From the NCBI GenBank assembly GCA_038087875.1, contig CM075995.1, positions 4,094,001-4,158,000 of the forward strand: 64,000 nucleotides of DNA, read 5' to 3'. Within the stretch, counting starts at the first letter, position 1. Each line of letters opens with the position of its first letter. A program made the translations under genes and the position numbers. This document shows positions 22,914-34,691 of this stretch, in pieces. This DNA comes from Malacoraja senta (taxonomy: Eukaryota). The notes below the pieces were generated by a model that saw only the letters and a list, made by a program, of their open reading frames with translations, was not told where the DNA came from and made no database searches.

Positions 22914-24749
22914 ACGTTCCTGACCAAGCAGGAGGCATCCACATCCACAGTAGGAAATGATTTGGATGAAGGGATTCAAAGTAACATTAGCAAATTTGCA
23001 GATGACACAAAGCTGGGTGGCAGTGGGAACTGTGAAGAGGATGCTATGAGAATGCAGGGCGACTTGGACAGGTTGGGGGAGTGGGCAGATGCATGGCAGA
23101 TGAAGTTCAATGCGGATAAATGTGAGGTTATCCATTTTGGTAGCAAAAACAGGAAGGCAGATTACTATCTAAATGGCATCAAGTTGGGAAAAGGGGAAGT
23201 ACAATGGGATCTGGGGGTCCTTGTACATCAGTCTATGAAAGTAAGCATGCAGGTACAGCAGGCAGTGAAGAAAGCGAAAGGCATGTTGGCCTTTATAACA
23301 AGAGGAATCAAATATCGGAGCAAAGAGGTCCTTCTGCAGTTGTACAGAGCCCTAGTGGGACCACACCTGGAGTATTATGTGCAGTTTTGGTCCCCTAATT
23401 TGAGGAAGGACATTCTTGCTATTGAGGGAGTGCAGCATAGGTTTACAGGTTAATTCCTGGGATGGCGGGACTGTCATATGCCGAGAGAATGGAGCAGCTG
23501 GGCTTGTACACTCTGGCGTTTAGAAGGATGAGAGGGAATCTCATTGAAACATATAAGATTGTTAAGGGCTTGGACACACTAGAGGCAGGAAACATGTTCC
23601 CGATGTTGGGGGAGTCCAGAACCAGGGGCCACAGTTTAAGAAAAAGGAGTAAGCCATTTAGAACAGAGACGAGGAAACATTTTTTCTCACAGAGAGTGGT
23701 GAGTCTGTGGAATTCTCTGCCTCAGGGGGCGGTGGAGGTAGGTTCTCTGGATGCTTTCAAGAGAGAGCTAGATAGGGCTCTTAAAAATAGCGGAGTCAGG
23801 AGATATGGGGAGAAGACAGGAACTGATTGTGGATGATCAGCCATGATCACATTGAATGGCGGTGCTGGCTCGAAGGGCCAAATGGCCTGCTCCTGCACCT
23901 ATTGTCTATTGTCTATTGTCTATTGAAAAGGTCTGTACAAGGAATTGTTGATTAAAGCCACCTACTAAAGTTTACCCCAGCCATGGCGAAATGAAGAAGA
24001 CTAATCTCCACCAGCTAGACACCGTGGCTCTTGCAGAAAAGTGGCACAACCAGAAATCCACCCAGCCACTTCCTCAGTTTGAGGAACGGTCTCGACCCCA
24101 AACATCACCCATTCCTTCTCACCAGATATGCTGCCTGACCCGCTGAGTTACTCCAGCATTTTGTGTTTACCTTCGATTTAAACCAGCATCTGCAGTTCTT
24201 TCCTGCACACTCCTCAACACTGTTTCCACGCTATATCTCCAAAGTTTGAAGATAGGTACTACCCGAACGTTTAAGAAACATTTAGACAGGTACATGAATG
24301 GGATAGGTTTAGAGGGATATGGGCCAAATGGGTGTCAAGGGTTATGGGGAGAAGGCAGGAAAATTGAATTGGCAGGCCATGATTGAATGAAGAAGTAAAC
24401 TCGATGGGCCGAATGGCCGAATTCTACTCCTATAACGTGAATTTGTGAAATCTAGGCAGGTAGGACTAGTGTAGATGGGACATGTTGGCCGCTGTGGGCA
24501 AGTTGGGCCGAAGAGCCTGTTTCCACGCTGTAAGATTCTGTGACTATGACACAGCTCTCCTTCTAGTGCCTGGTGTAGGACATCGCTCAGGACTTCAAGG
24601 CAGACCTGCTACCCACACATCGCCCATCATATCTTGCAGACCTGGTGATGCTTTGTCAGGACATTACCCCGTACACCAACCATGCCAAGCGGGTCACTGT
24701 GTACAAAGGCATCCAGGTTGTCTGACATATCCATGAGGAATACACCTAA
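22914..24749 (+). pseudogene. H3: Histone H3 pseudogene I, near full length, canonical order, in three pieces (22914-22957, 23925-24075, 24552-24749)
   Basis: TFLTKQEASTSTVGK / DTVAL..NQKSTQ / LSF*CLV*DIAQDFKADL..HAKRVTVYKGIQVV*HIHEEYT* vs H3 C-terminus; stop codon at the H3 position. Confidence 0.9.
22958..23924 (+). mobile_element. 5'-truncated CR1 LINE inserted in the H3 pseudogene
   Basis: KFADDTKL..HLEY.VQFWSP..FKRELD; (ATTGTCT)n tail; gaaa flanks. Confidence 0.9.
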
Positions 24750-24783
24750 ACCTCGCTCACACTCAGCCCAACAGAGGGTCTGA

Positions 24784-25061
24784 AGGGCCTGTCCTACTCG
24801 CCGATTTTTTTCGGCGACTGCCGGCATCATTAACTGACATATCAGGTCACCGAAAACATTGCGGCGTGATGTGGCGTGACATGGCGGTGATGCTGCGTGA
24901 CGCGGCGTGATGACGTATTGACGCGCGGTGTTTCCTCAAGTGTCGCAACATTATTTTTGTCGTCGCTGGATTTTGAAATGTTCAAAATATTTCGGCGACC
25001 CTGATACGTCAGTCAATGACGTCGACAGTCGGCGAAAAAATCGGCAAGTGGGACAGGCCCT
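24784..25061. mobile_element. PIF/Harbinger-type MITE inserted in a degenerate histone stem-loop
   Basis: TIR agggcctgtcctact / agtgggacaggccct; TGA TSD; rejoined flanks agagggtc-tga-gccactgaaaa. Confidence 0.8.
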
Positions 25062-25214
25062 TGAGCCACTGAAAAAAATAGTGTTCAGCTTTATTCCACC
25101 TGTTCTGCTTTCATTAATTTTCCCTATAAATGCGATAGATATTATATAATAAATAAATTTGTGTTAATTAACTGTGTCATTTTTGCCTTTTATGAATATG
25201 CAACCACACTAAGG

Positions 25215-25773
25215 AACAATTATGATGCAGCTGTGTAGGACTCTGGTTAGGTCACATCTGGAGCATTGCATGCAGTTATAGCCACCGCATTACAAGAAAG
25301 ATGTGGAGGCTTTGGAGAGGGTGCAGAAGAGGTTTATCATAATATTGTCAAAAGGATTACAGTTACAGGGAGAGGTCAGATACAATTGGATTGTGTCCTC
25401 TGGAATGTCAGAGGTTGAGGGGAGACGTTTTAGAAGTATATAAAATTATGAGAGGCATAGATAGGATCGATGGAACCTTTCCCCAAGGGTATAAATATCA
25501 ACACAAGAGGGCATAGCTGTAAGGTGAGAGGGGGAAAGTTTAATGGAGTTTTTTACCCAGAGCGGTGGGGACCTAGATGCATTAACAGGGGTGATGGTAG
25601 AAACACATACCATAGTGGCATTTAAGAGGGTTCTAGATAGGCACATGGAAGTGCAGGGAATAGAGGGATTTGGATCATATACAATGAGATTAGTTTAACT
25701 GGGCATTGTGTTCGTCAGAAGCATTGTGGGCCAAAGGACCCATTTCTGTGCTGTACTGTTCTATGTTCTATGC
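25215..25773 (+). mobile_element. Old CR1 3' fragment
   Basis: MQLCRTLVRSHLEHCMQ..YKKDVEALERVQKRF. Confidence 0.75.
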
Positions 25774-26082
25774 TAATTTCATTCCCACACTGACTTCCTT
25801 GTCTTTGAATTCTTACATTGTCCAACCATACCTATTGAAGGCTTGAGGATCATCACCTTCCCTTCAATCAAGGAACCTTGCAGCCCTCAGGCCTGGGCTA
25901 CCGAAAATCTAGGAAATAGGAAGGTGATGGGTTGGAAGACTTGAAGCATGACCTCCTGGTCTACCTCGCCCTCGTTGGGGTTCGCTCTGCCATTGAAGTG
26001 TGCCTTGCGTTGTTTTTATCCCAAGACCATTTTTATACCCGCTGCCTCCTGGCCAGCCCATACATTTTCCAGCAAAGCCTTA

Positions 26083-26309
26083 AGGGCCTGTCCCATTTTC
26101 ACGACCTAATTCACAACCTTTTTTACTCGTGGACATTTTCATCAGTCTAGAAAAACGCCCGGACCTCCTTGATGCCACAAGTACCTACGAATAGCATCAC
26201 GACCTACCTACGACCTCCTACGACCTCGTGACGACCATGCTGCGAGTATGACTCAAGGGCAAACTCGGCAGAGGTCGTGAATTAGGTCGTGAAAGTGGGA
26301 CAGGCAACT
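26083..26309. mobile_element. PIF/Harbinger-type MITE
   Basis: TIR agggcctgtccca..ttcacgacctaattcac / gtgaattaggtcgtgaaagtgggacagg; TTA TSD. Confidence 0.8.
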
Positions 26310-26814
26310 TTATGCAGTTGCTCAGTGGTTGAGGGCCATGATCTCGGGCTTCAACAGATCAATATCTTATTGAATAACAATATTTACAGTTCTGGATCAA
26401 TATCTTTCCTGGGACGCCCAGTCATGAGGACGTGTGGGGTAAAACATGTGGGATCTTGAAGCCATGTTTAGTACCAGCATCAACACAGAGCTACAGCACT
26501 ACAGACCAGGTTCTATAGTTTTAATGGAACATCTTCCACAGATACCCTTTCTGGTTATGAAACATCCGTTCCACTATCTTGCTGGATGAAGCATGATTAG
26601 CAACGTGGAATGTTTGCAGCATGCTAAAACAATTTAGACATGGATAGGATAGGCTTAGAGGGATATGGGCCAAATACAGGCAGGTGGGACCAGTGCAGCT
26701 GGGGCATGTTGGTCGATGTGGGCAAGTTGGTCCACTGGGTATCTTTCCACGCTGTGTGACTTGAAACTGTTTGGGGAGGTATGCTATACATCTTGCAGCT
26801 TTTGTTTGCAGCTT

Positions 26815-27112
26815 TTAGACAATAGACAATAGACACTAGGTGCAGGAGTAGGCCATTTGCCCCTTCGAGCCAGCACTGCCATTCAATGTGATCATGGCTG
26901 ATCATCCCCAATCAGTACCCCGTTCCTGCCTTCTCCCCATATCCCCTGACTCCACTATTTTTAAGAGCCCTATCTAGCTCTCTCTTGAAAGCATCCAGAG
27001 AACCTGCCTCCACCGCCCTCTGAGGCAGAGAATTCCACAGACTCACCACTCTCTGTGAGAAAAAGTGTTTCCTCGTCTCTGTTCTAAATGGCTTACTCCT
27101 TATTCTTAAACT
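26815..27112 (-). mobile_element. CR1 3' end
   Basis: FFSQRVVSLWNSLPQRAVEAGSLDAFKRELD + tail. Confidence 0.85.
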
Positions 27113-27294
27113 CTTTTGAGAGGGAGAATTCTTATTCTTTTGAGAGGGAGAAATTCTGTTGAGGGAGACAAGAAGAAATTGGCTGGGCAGGTGCTTACAG
27201 GTCTTACCTGCAATTGGATAATTCAATGTTCACACCATTGGGATAAATTGGTAAAAGCAATGTTCACACCATTGGGTTAAATTGGTAAAAGCCG

Positions 27295-27978
27295 TGGTAA
27301 AAGCTAGCTTCTTTCAGCTTCGGACGATAGCTAAAATAAAACAATTCCTCCACTTTGATGACCTCAAAAAGATCATCCACACATTTATCTCCTCCCGCAT
27401 TTAATCCTCCTAGATTACTGCAACTCCCTTTACACTGGTATCAGCCAATCTTCCCTGTCCCGCCTGCAACTGGTCCAAAACGCCGCAGCGAGACTCCTGA
27501 CGGGCTCCCGAAAAAGGGACCACATCACCCCGATCCTGGCCTCTCTCCACTGGCTCCCTGTGCGGTTCCATATACATTTCAAGATCCTCCTCTATGTCTA
27601 CAAAGCCCTCAATGGGCTTGCCCCTACCTACATCAAAAGTCTTCCCACCCACCACTCCACCTCCAGGCCCCTCAGATCGGCTGACTTGGGGTTGCTGAAT
27701 ATCCCGCGGTCTAGGCATAAGCTCAGGGGCGACCGCGCCTTTGCGGTTGCAGCTCCTAGACTGTGGAACTGCATCCCCCTTCCCATCAGAACTGCCCCCT
27801 CCATCGACTCCTTTAAGTCATCGACTAAAAACTTATCTATACTCCCAAGCCTTTCTTGACTTCCTCTGAGTGAGGGCTATATGTATATATGTATGTAGTT
27901 TGTTTGTTTATACTATCCTTATAACAAATGTAAAGCACTTTGGCCAACGAGAGTTGTTTTTTAAATGTGCTATATAAA
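27295..27978 (+). mobile_element. L2 LINE 3' fragment
   Basis: HITPILASLHWLP, FKILLYVYKALNGLAP, GDRAFAVAAPRLWN; tgtaaagcactttg tail. Confidence 0.85.
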
Positions 27979-28907
27979 TAAATGTGACTTGACGACTTAA
28001 ATTGGGCCAGGATTTGGCTTTTGTCACGTGTATTTCACTTGAATTTGTAGAGGGAACAGTTCAAGAAGGGAGCAAAGCAGAAGAGTGGAAACTATAGGCC
28101 GGTTAAGTGGTCGGTCAGGGTGTCCGTTTTGACAAGAAAGCAGGAAAATGGGGTTGAGAGGGAAACATAGATCAGCCATGATTGAATGGTGGAGTAGTCT
28201 TGATGGGTCGAATGGCCTAATTCTGCTCCTTTAACTTATGAACATCTACCTATCAACCCACACATATTTTCAGTTTGATTAGGACTGATTTCACTGCTTG
28301 CTATGACTATCTGAATCTTCCAATTGCTGGCATTTTAATTTCCCTTCCCATTTCCACACTGACCTTCATGGCCTCAGCCTGCTTGTTAACTCTGGGTAAT
28401 GAACTCATTGGCAACCAATTTTCTGTTGAAACATTAAGGCTTGTAACATTGACCAATAAAGTATGGACAGAGCCTGCTGTTTAAGGTAGAGGCCAGTTAT
28501 ATAAAATGCATTTGAAGTGGTTGAGTTGCAGCCAAGATTCTTTGTGGCATCTTTGTTGGATTTAGCTGATGAAATATATCAAATTAATTCCACTGTGTGT
28601 ATTGATTGACTGACAACAGAATTTGATTCACCTCAAAAGCTGAAACAATAGCTACAAGAAGGATAGCATGCCACCTCCAACATTTTCAAGTTGAGGCAAT
28701 CAACTAATTAATTCTGTTAATTAATATTTGCAGAAGAGTCCAATTTGTAGAGACGAGTGTTCACATTAACACAGCAAAATGCTCCAAACCCACCTGCATA
28801 TTAAAGTGGCAATACAGTTCCCTGTAAGATGCTTAACTTTTCCACTTGTCTCTTCTGGTTACCATGGACACAATACAGCGCAGAAAGATGCATTCCCTGC
28901 ACATTCC

Positions 28908-30420
28908 CTCCACCAGGGGGCACCGTACGATTGGCAGCCTCGCCAACGGTCTGTCTGTTCTTTCGGATGTTTTTGTTATTTTTAGTGTCTTTTGAAAGTT
29001 TGTTTTAATGTTCTCTGGTTTGTTTTATGTGGGGGGAGGGGGGTCGGGGAAAACTTTTCTTTCAGACTCTTACCCTGCCCGAGATGCGATTACTTTCTGG
29101 GTCATGTCTCCGGTCACTCTGCGGACTAACATCTTGGAGCTGGAGGCCTCGCTCGGGACTGACTTTGGGCCCCATCACAGGGCGTTGACTTACCATCGGG
29201 GCCGATCCCTTGCCTGGGATCGATGCTCCAACCGCAGCCTGTGGACTTTACCATTGAGAGCTCGCACTCTCGGGAGAGACTGTGGGATTAGGGACCTCCA
29301 ACAACGAAGAAGGTTCGACCAGTCCTGACCCGGGGTCCAATCACTCGGCGGGGGGGAGCTGAGATCCCCCCCGATGCAGGAGCTTGATCGCCCGAACGCG
29401 GAGGGCTCGAACGCTGCCGGCTACGGGAGTTAAGATCATCCCGTCAATGGAAGGCTCGAGGCCCCCGCCCATGAGAGGACAAAGCCGGGAAGAGATTGAA
29501 CTTTTTCTTTGCCTTCCATCTGCTGATCGTGGACTTTAGGAGGGCACAACATCCGAGGACGTACACTACACTGAAGATAACTGGGGATACCATGGATAGG
29601 GTGAGCTGCTTTAAATACCTGGGAGTCCATATCTCAGAGGATCTGACATGGACATCACACGCTGCCGCACTGGTGAGTAAGGCAAGGCAGCACCTTTACC
29701 ACCTCAGGCAGCTGAGGAAATTCAGAGTCGCTCTGAGGATCCTCCAGTGCTTCTACTCAGCGGCTGTAGAAAGCATCTTGTCCGGAAACATCACAATCTG
29801 GTTTGGGAACTGCTCTGCCCAGGTCAGGAAGGCTCTGCAGAGAGTAGTGCGTTCGGCCAAACGCACTATGGGAACTACACTCGCTCCGCTGCAGGAACTA
29901 TACATCAGAAGGTGCAGATCCAGAGCCAGCAACATTATGGGGGACCCCTTCCACCCCAGCAACGGACTGTTCCAACTGCTACGGTCAGGAAACGCCTCCG
30001 CTGTCATGCTGTGAAAACAGAGAGGATGAGAAGGAGTTTCTTCCCAGAGGCCATTAGGACTGTAAACTTATCTCACCAGGGACTAACTTACTGTACCAAT
30101 TTACTGTTGTGTTGTGTCTTTTTACAATTGCAGTAATTACTGATTCTGTTCGATTCTGTTTTGTAGTTTGTTTTATTTGGGTGGTTTTTTTGCACAATCC
30201 GCAAGCATTGCCACTTTTCATTTCACTGCACATCTCGTATGCGTATGTGACAAATAAACTTGACTTAGTGAGGAATGTGGAGGAGTCACTGTGGTGGATG
30301 TTTACGTTAAAATGTATTTTGTGTGTTCTGTTGCTTTTGATTTGTATGACTGACTTGGCAAATGAAATTCCTCGTACGTTGCAAAACATACTTGGCTAAT
30401 AAAGTATTATTGTATTGTAT
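28908..30420 (+). mobile_element. SINE-like retroposon (family of 6245-6993) split by Rex1
   Basis: 5' CCACCAGGGGGCAC; gccttccatc|...|agtgaggaatgtggagg rejoin. Confidence 0.75.
29521..30266 (+). mobile_element. Rex1/Babar LINE 3' fragment
   Basis: LIVDFRR..FKYLGVHISEDLTW..KARQHLYHLRQLRK..VESILSG. Confidence 0.9.
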
Positions 30421-30534
30421 TCACGTGCCTGTTAAATACCACTATCATATTTGTCTCCACCACCAACCCTGGCAGTGTGCTTGAAGCACCTACCACCTCC
30501 TGTGTAGAAAACATGCCCTGCATATCTCCTTTAA

Positions 30535-30606
30535 CCTGTTCAGTGCCATCCCCAAATATACTCGGGTCATGGCCAATAGTTTAAAAAAAAAATGGCAGTG
30601 AACAGG
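30535..30606. mobile_element. 72-bp piggyBac-like mini-MITE
   Basis: TTAA|CCTGTTCAGTGCCAT...ATGGCAGTGAACAGG|TTAA (TIR 14/15 match). Confidence 0.7.
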
Positions 30607-31752
30607 TTAAACTGTGCTCATCTTGTCTTACAGCTATGCCCTCTCGTGTTGGACATTTCCACCATGGGAAAAAATATTCTGACTATCTACCCTATCTGTG
30701 CGTCTCATGATTTTATATACTTCTCACCTCAACCTCCACCGTTCTAAAGAAACCAATCCAAGAAAGGCAAATATTTCTTGTCATTCAGTTCAAAGAAAAT
30801 TAAATATAATTTGAGGCAATGAATGTTGTGTGACATTCTCTGAATACCTGATCGGACTTTGCTGGCTAAACCTTGCACTAAAAGTTATTACCTTACCATG
30901 TATCTATACACTGTAATGGCTCGATTGTAATCATGTATTGTCTTTCTGCTGACTGGTTAGCAGGCAACAAAAAAGGTTTTTCACTGACAATACACGTGAC
31001 AATAAACTAAACTAAACTAAACTCTTCCAATGATGATGTGAATCGCGTAGAATGGATAATTCAAAGGGGTGGTTGAGATCACGTATCCACTTCCAAAAAA
31101 TTATTTCCAGTGTAGCTTGATGAATTTTCCATTTGAATATTTGCCAATTGAAATGTTCAGGCAAGCGGATAATTCAAAAAAGCACTTGGTAACCAAGTGA
31201 GGTGATCCAGTTCATTCATTTTCAGCTTAATGCTTTACTGGTAGTTTCTCCGTTTTAAAATTAAAACAGTGTAGCACCTTCAATAACCTCATGATATTTC
31301 AAAACATTTTGTCTGATCAATTTAGGAATTTTGAAGTACAGTCATTTTTGCTTCTGAACAATCCTTCCATAAGCTGTGGTATTTTCTGATTCTACTCTAC
31401 CTAATTGCAGACATTGAACCTGGTCTCTGGAACTATTGTGTCATAACGCTGAGAACTGTATTCTGCACTCTGTATCTTGCCCTTTGTATAGCATTATCTG
31501 ATCTGATTGAATAGCATGCAAAACAAAGTGTTTCACTGTATCTAGGATATGGGTGATAATAGTAATAAACCTAAACCTAAAATGAGGCAACCAAATGGTG
31601 CTCCTGAATGTCGCACAAACAGCAATATAAATAATGACCAGATCATTTTTGAATAGCAACATGAAATCCTTAATATCCACAAGAGTGTAGGAGAAGCTTT
31701 GAGCCAGTGCCTGTTTATTCTTCTGCAGAAGAGCATCTCCTTAGTTTGCTTA

Positions 31753-32082
31753 AAGCCCTGTCCCATGGTACGAGTTCATTCCAAGAGCTTTCCCGAGTTT
31801 GCCCTGATTCGAACTCGGAGATTTACGGTAATGGCCACTCGTCGGTACTCGGGGCTCTCGTGGACATTTTTTCAACGTGTTGAAAAATCTTCACGAGTCT
31901 TCCCGTGCTTACCTGCCATTAGCGAGTCTTCCTGAGTACCTGCCGTTAGCGTTACGAGCCGCTAAGAGACGTCCCCGAGCTCCGACGTACCCGCTACGTA
32001 CATTCTACGTGCTTACCACGAGTTTGATTTTTTTTAAACTCGGGAGAGCACTTGAATGAATTTGTACCGTGGGACAGGGCTA
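31753..32082. mobile_element. PIF/Harbinger-type MITE
   Basis: TIR agccctgtcccatggtac / gtaccgtgggacagggct; TTA flanks. Confidence 0.8.
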
Positions 32083-32834
32083 TTAGTCTGTATGCGGTTG
32101 GGAAATTGTAGAAACAAGGAACAGCAGATGCAACAGACACAAAGTGCTGGGGTACATGGATGAGTGACTTTTTGGGTGGTTCTTCGTATGGATCTGATAA
32201 ATGGTTCTTCCGAACGGTCACAGTGGCGCAGCGGTAGAGTTGCTGCCTTACAGCGAATGCAGCGCCAGAGACCAGGGTTCGATCCCGACTATGGGTGCTA
32301 TGGGTGAATAGAGAACCAGTCTACTCAACCTCTCCCTTTAGCTCACACCCTCTAGTCCTGGCAACATCATCGTAAATATTTTCGGAACCCTTTCAAGCTT
32401 GACAATATCTTTCCTATACATGGTGCCCAGAACTGAACACAGTACTCTAAATGCAGTCTCACCAATGTCTTATACAACTGCAACATGACCTCCCAACTTC
32501 TATACTCAATACTCTGACTTTGTGTCCTGCCCTGAGTTTTCTGTTGCAAGCCATTTTAATTCTCAATCCATCTCCTATTCCAAATTGCCTATATGTGACT
32601 GCGGCCTCCTCCTCCTCCACTGCCAATGTGAGGTACACTTACACAATACGGACAACATCTTCTCTTCTCTCTGAGCACTGCAACTTTCTAGAATAAACTG
32701 TGAAACACCCGGGCCATTCCCTCTTCTCCCCTCTCCCATCAGCCAAAAGGTGAAGTGTGAAAATGTCAGTAGTGTGAAAATGCACACCACCAGATTCAGG
32801 GACAGTTTCTTCCCAGCTGTTATCAGGCAACTGA

Positions 32835-33513
32835 AGGCCCTGTCCCACTTACGTGTCCTTGGCACGCAAATTACACAAACTCGTCGTCGCGTTGAGGTGC
32901 ACGGGCATCATGTGGCCGCGAGGGGCCGGTCCCACTGAGAAGCACGGAGGGGAATGGAGTTGTGCACGGTATCGCGCGGCGCTCCGAAATTTTGTAGCGA
33001 ACGAAATCTTCGCGCGCCCACGACCTGTCACATAACTGACGGCCAAACTGGGACAGGCCCAAGACCCTGGCGCGGCGCAACGTCTCACCTCCCACAGCAG
33101 CAGAAGCAGGCAAACGATCGCCGAGCTCGGCCTGGGACTCATGGCCGTTGCGGTCTGGATCCGCCCCCACTTCTACTCCCAGAGTGGGGCCAAGAAAATT
33201 GAAGATGGACACAAAATGCTGGAGTAACTCAGCGGGACCGGCAGCAATGGGTGACGTTTCGGGTCAAGACCCTTATTTCAGACTGAAGAAGAGTCTCGAC
33301 ACGATGCGTCACCCATTCCTTCTCTCCAGAGATGCTGCCTGTCCTGCTGAGTTACTCCTGCATTTTGTGTCCATCTTCAAATGACGTCACGCGCTCCAGA
33401 CGGCTGTGCGGGCGCATGAGGTCGCGCGTGACCTTCGCAGGACCGTCGCGCCTCAACGCGACCACGAGGTCGCGTAATTAGCGTGCCAAGGACACATAAG
33501 TGGGACAGGGGCT
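32835..33513. mobile_element. PIF/Harbinger-type MITE with internal Penelope pLTR palindrome; inserted in a Rex1 tail
   Basis: ~40-bp TIRs; TGA TSD; inverted pLTR pair at 33199-33380. Confidence 0.8.
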
Positions 33514-33941
33514 TGAATCATCCCACCACAACCAGAGAGAATGTTCAAACTCTGTACAGGCAAGCATCTGAAGTCAGGTTTTAAACCCTCCAAATTTTCC
33601 CCCCAGTTCTGAGAAAGGGTCCCCGATCCAAAATTGGCTTGGTAAAATTGTAAATTGTCCCTAGTGCTGGTAGGATAGTACTAGTGTGCAGGAATCACTG
33701 GTCGACGCGGACTCGGAGGTTTCTCTTTCACAGATGCTGTTTGACCGGCTGTTCTTGCAGCATAGCCTGTTTCTTATTTCAGATTTCAGCATCTACAAGT
33801 TTCTTTATTTTCCATTTGGCCTTTTTGATTTGATTGAAAAATAATAACTACTTCGCCCATGGGGCATGTGTGCTGAAATGTATTAATTGCAGAAGCATTA
33901 GTGCAAAGTACTGCAAGTAAGTTCCACTGGCGAAAGACTCT

Positions 33942-34255
33942 GGCCGGCACAGTGGCACAGCAGTGTAGTTGATACCTTATAGTGCTTGCAGCGCCAGAGA
34001 CCCGGGTCTGATCACAACCATGGGTGCTGTCTGAATGGAGTTTGTACGTTCTCCCCCTGACCGCGTGGGTTTTCTCTGAGATCTTTGGTTTCCTCCCACA
34101 CTCTAAAGACGTACATGTTAGCAGGTTAATTGGCTTGATATAAGTATAAATTGTCCCTAGTGTGTGTAGGATAGTGTTAATGTGCGGGGATCACTGGTCG
34201 GTGCGGACTCGGTGGGCCGAAGAGCCTGTTACCGCACATTATCTCTTAAACTAAA
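33942..34255 (+). mobile_element. tRNA-derived SINE (HE1/V-SINE-like), near full length
   Basis: A/B-box-like head, gagtttgtacgttctcccc..gtgggtttt core, CR1-like tail, (AAACT)n. Other copies: 39014-39322(-), 40730-41118(+), 53746-54017(-), 55960-56845(+), 56972-57292(-), 63161-63422(-). Confidence 0.8.
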
Positions 34256-34691
34256 AAATCTCTGCACCTTCACACAATAATGTCATTATTTGATTTGCAA
34301 CACTTTGGTTGGATGAAGCTGAATAATAAAAGTCTCAAATGCAGGAGAAAGAAGATGGAAAAGCAGTGCAAATTTAACCATATCGTTCAGATAATGCTGA
34401 ATGCTTGGATCAGATGTGAGCAAATGTGAGTAAACCTTCAATAAATACCATGGGGGAGGGGAGAAAATGGTGGAGACTGTGAGAGATACAATACATTTAA
34501 TCCATTTAATCTATTCACATTTCCTTGTGAATTATTCCATGCGACTCTAGATGGAAGTACAGTAACTTCCACTCAGAAAGAACGTGCATTGCTAAGACTC
34601 CTTCAATAGCTTTCACATCCCCAAGCACATCAGACCATAATAGTGTTTCGTTGTCATATCCAGCAGGAATGGGACAATGAAATTCCTACTT

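Noticed and set aside
5960..25080. Functional histone H3 gene or variant
   Set aside because: Every unit has stops, frameshifts, deletions or TE insertions
32215..32305. tRNA gene
   Set aside because: A/B-box-like head identical to the SINE heads elsewhere in the window; no complete cloverleaf
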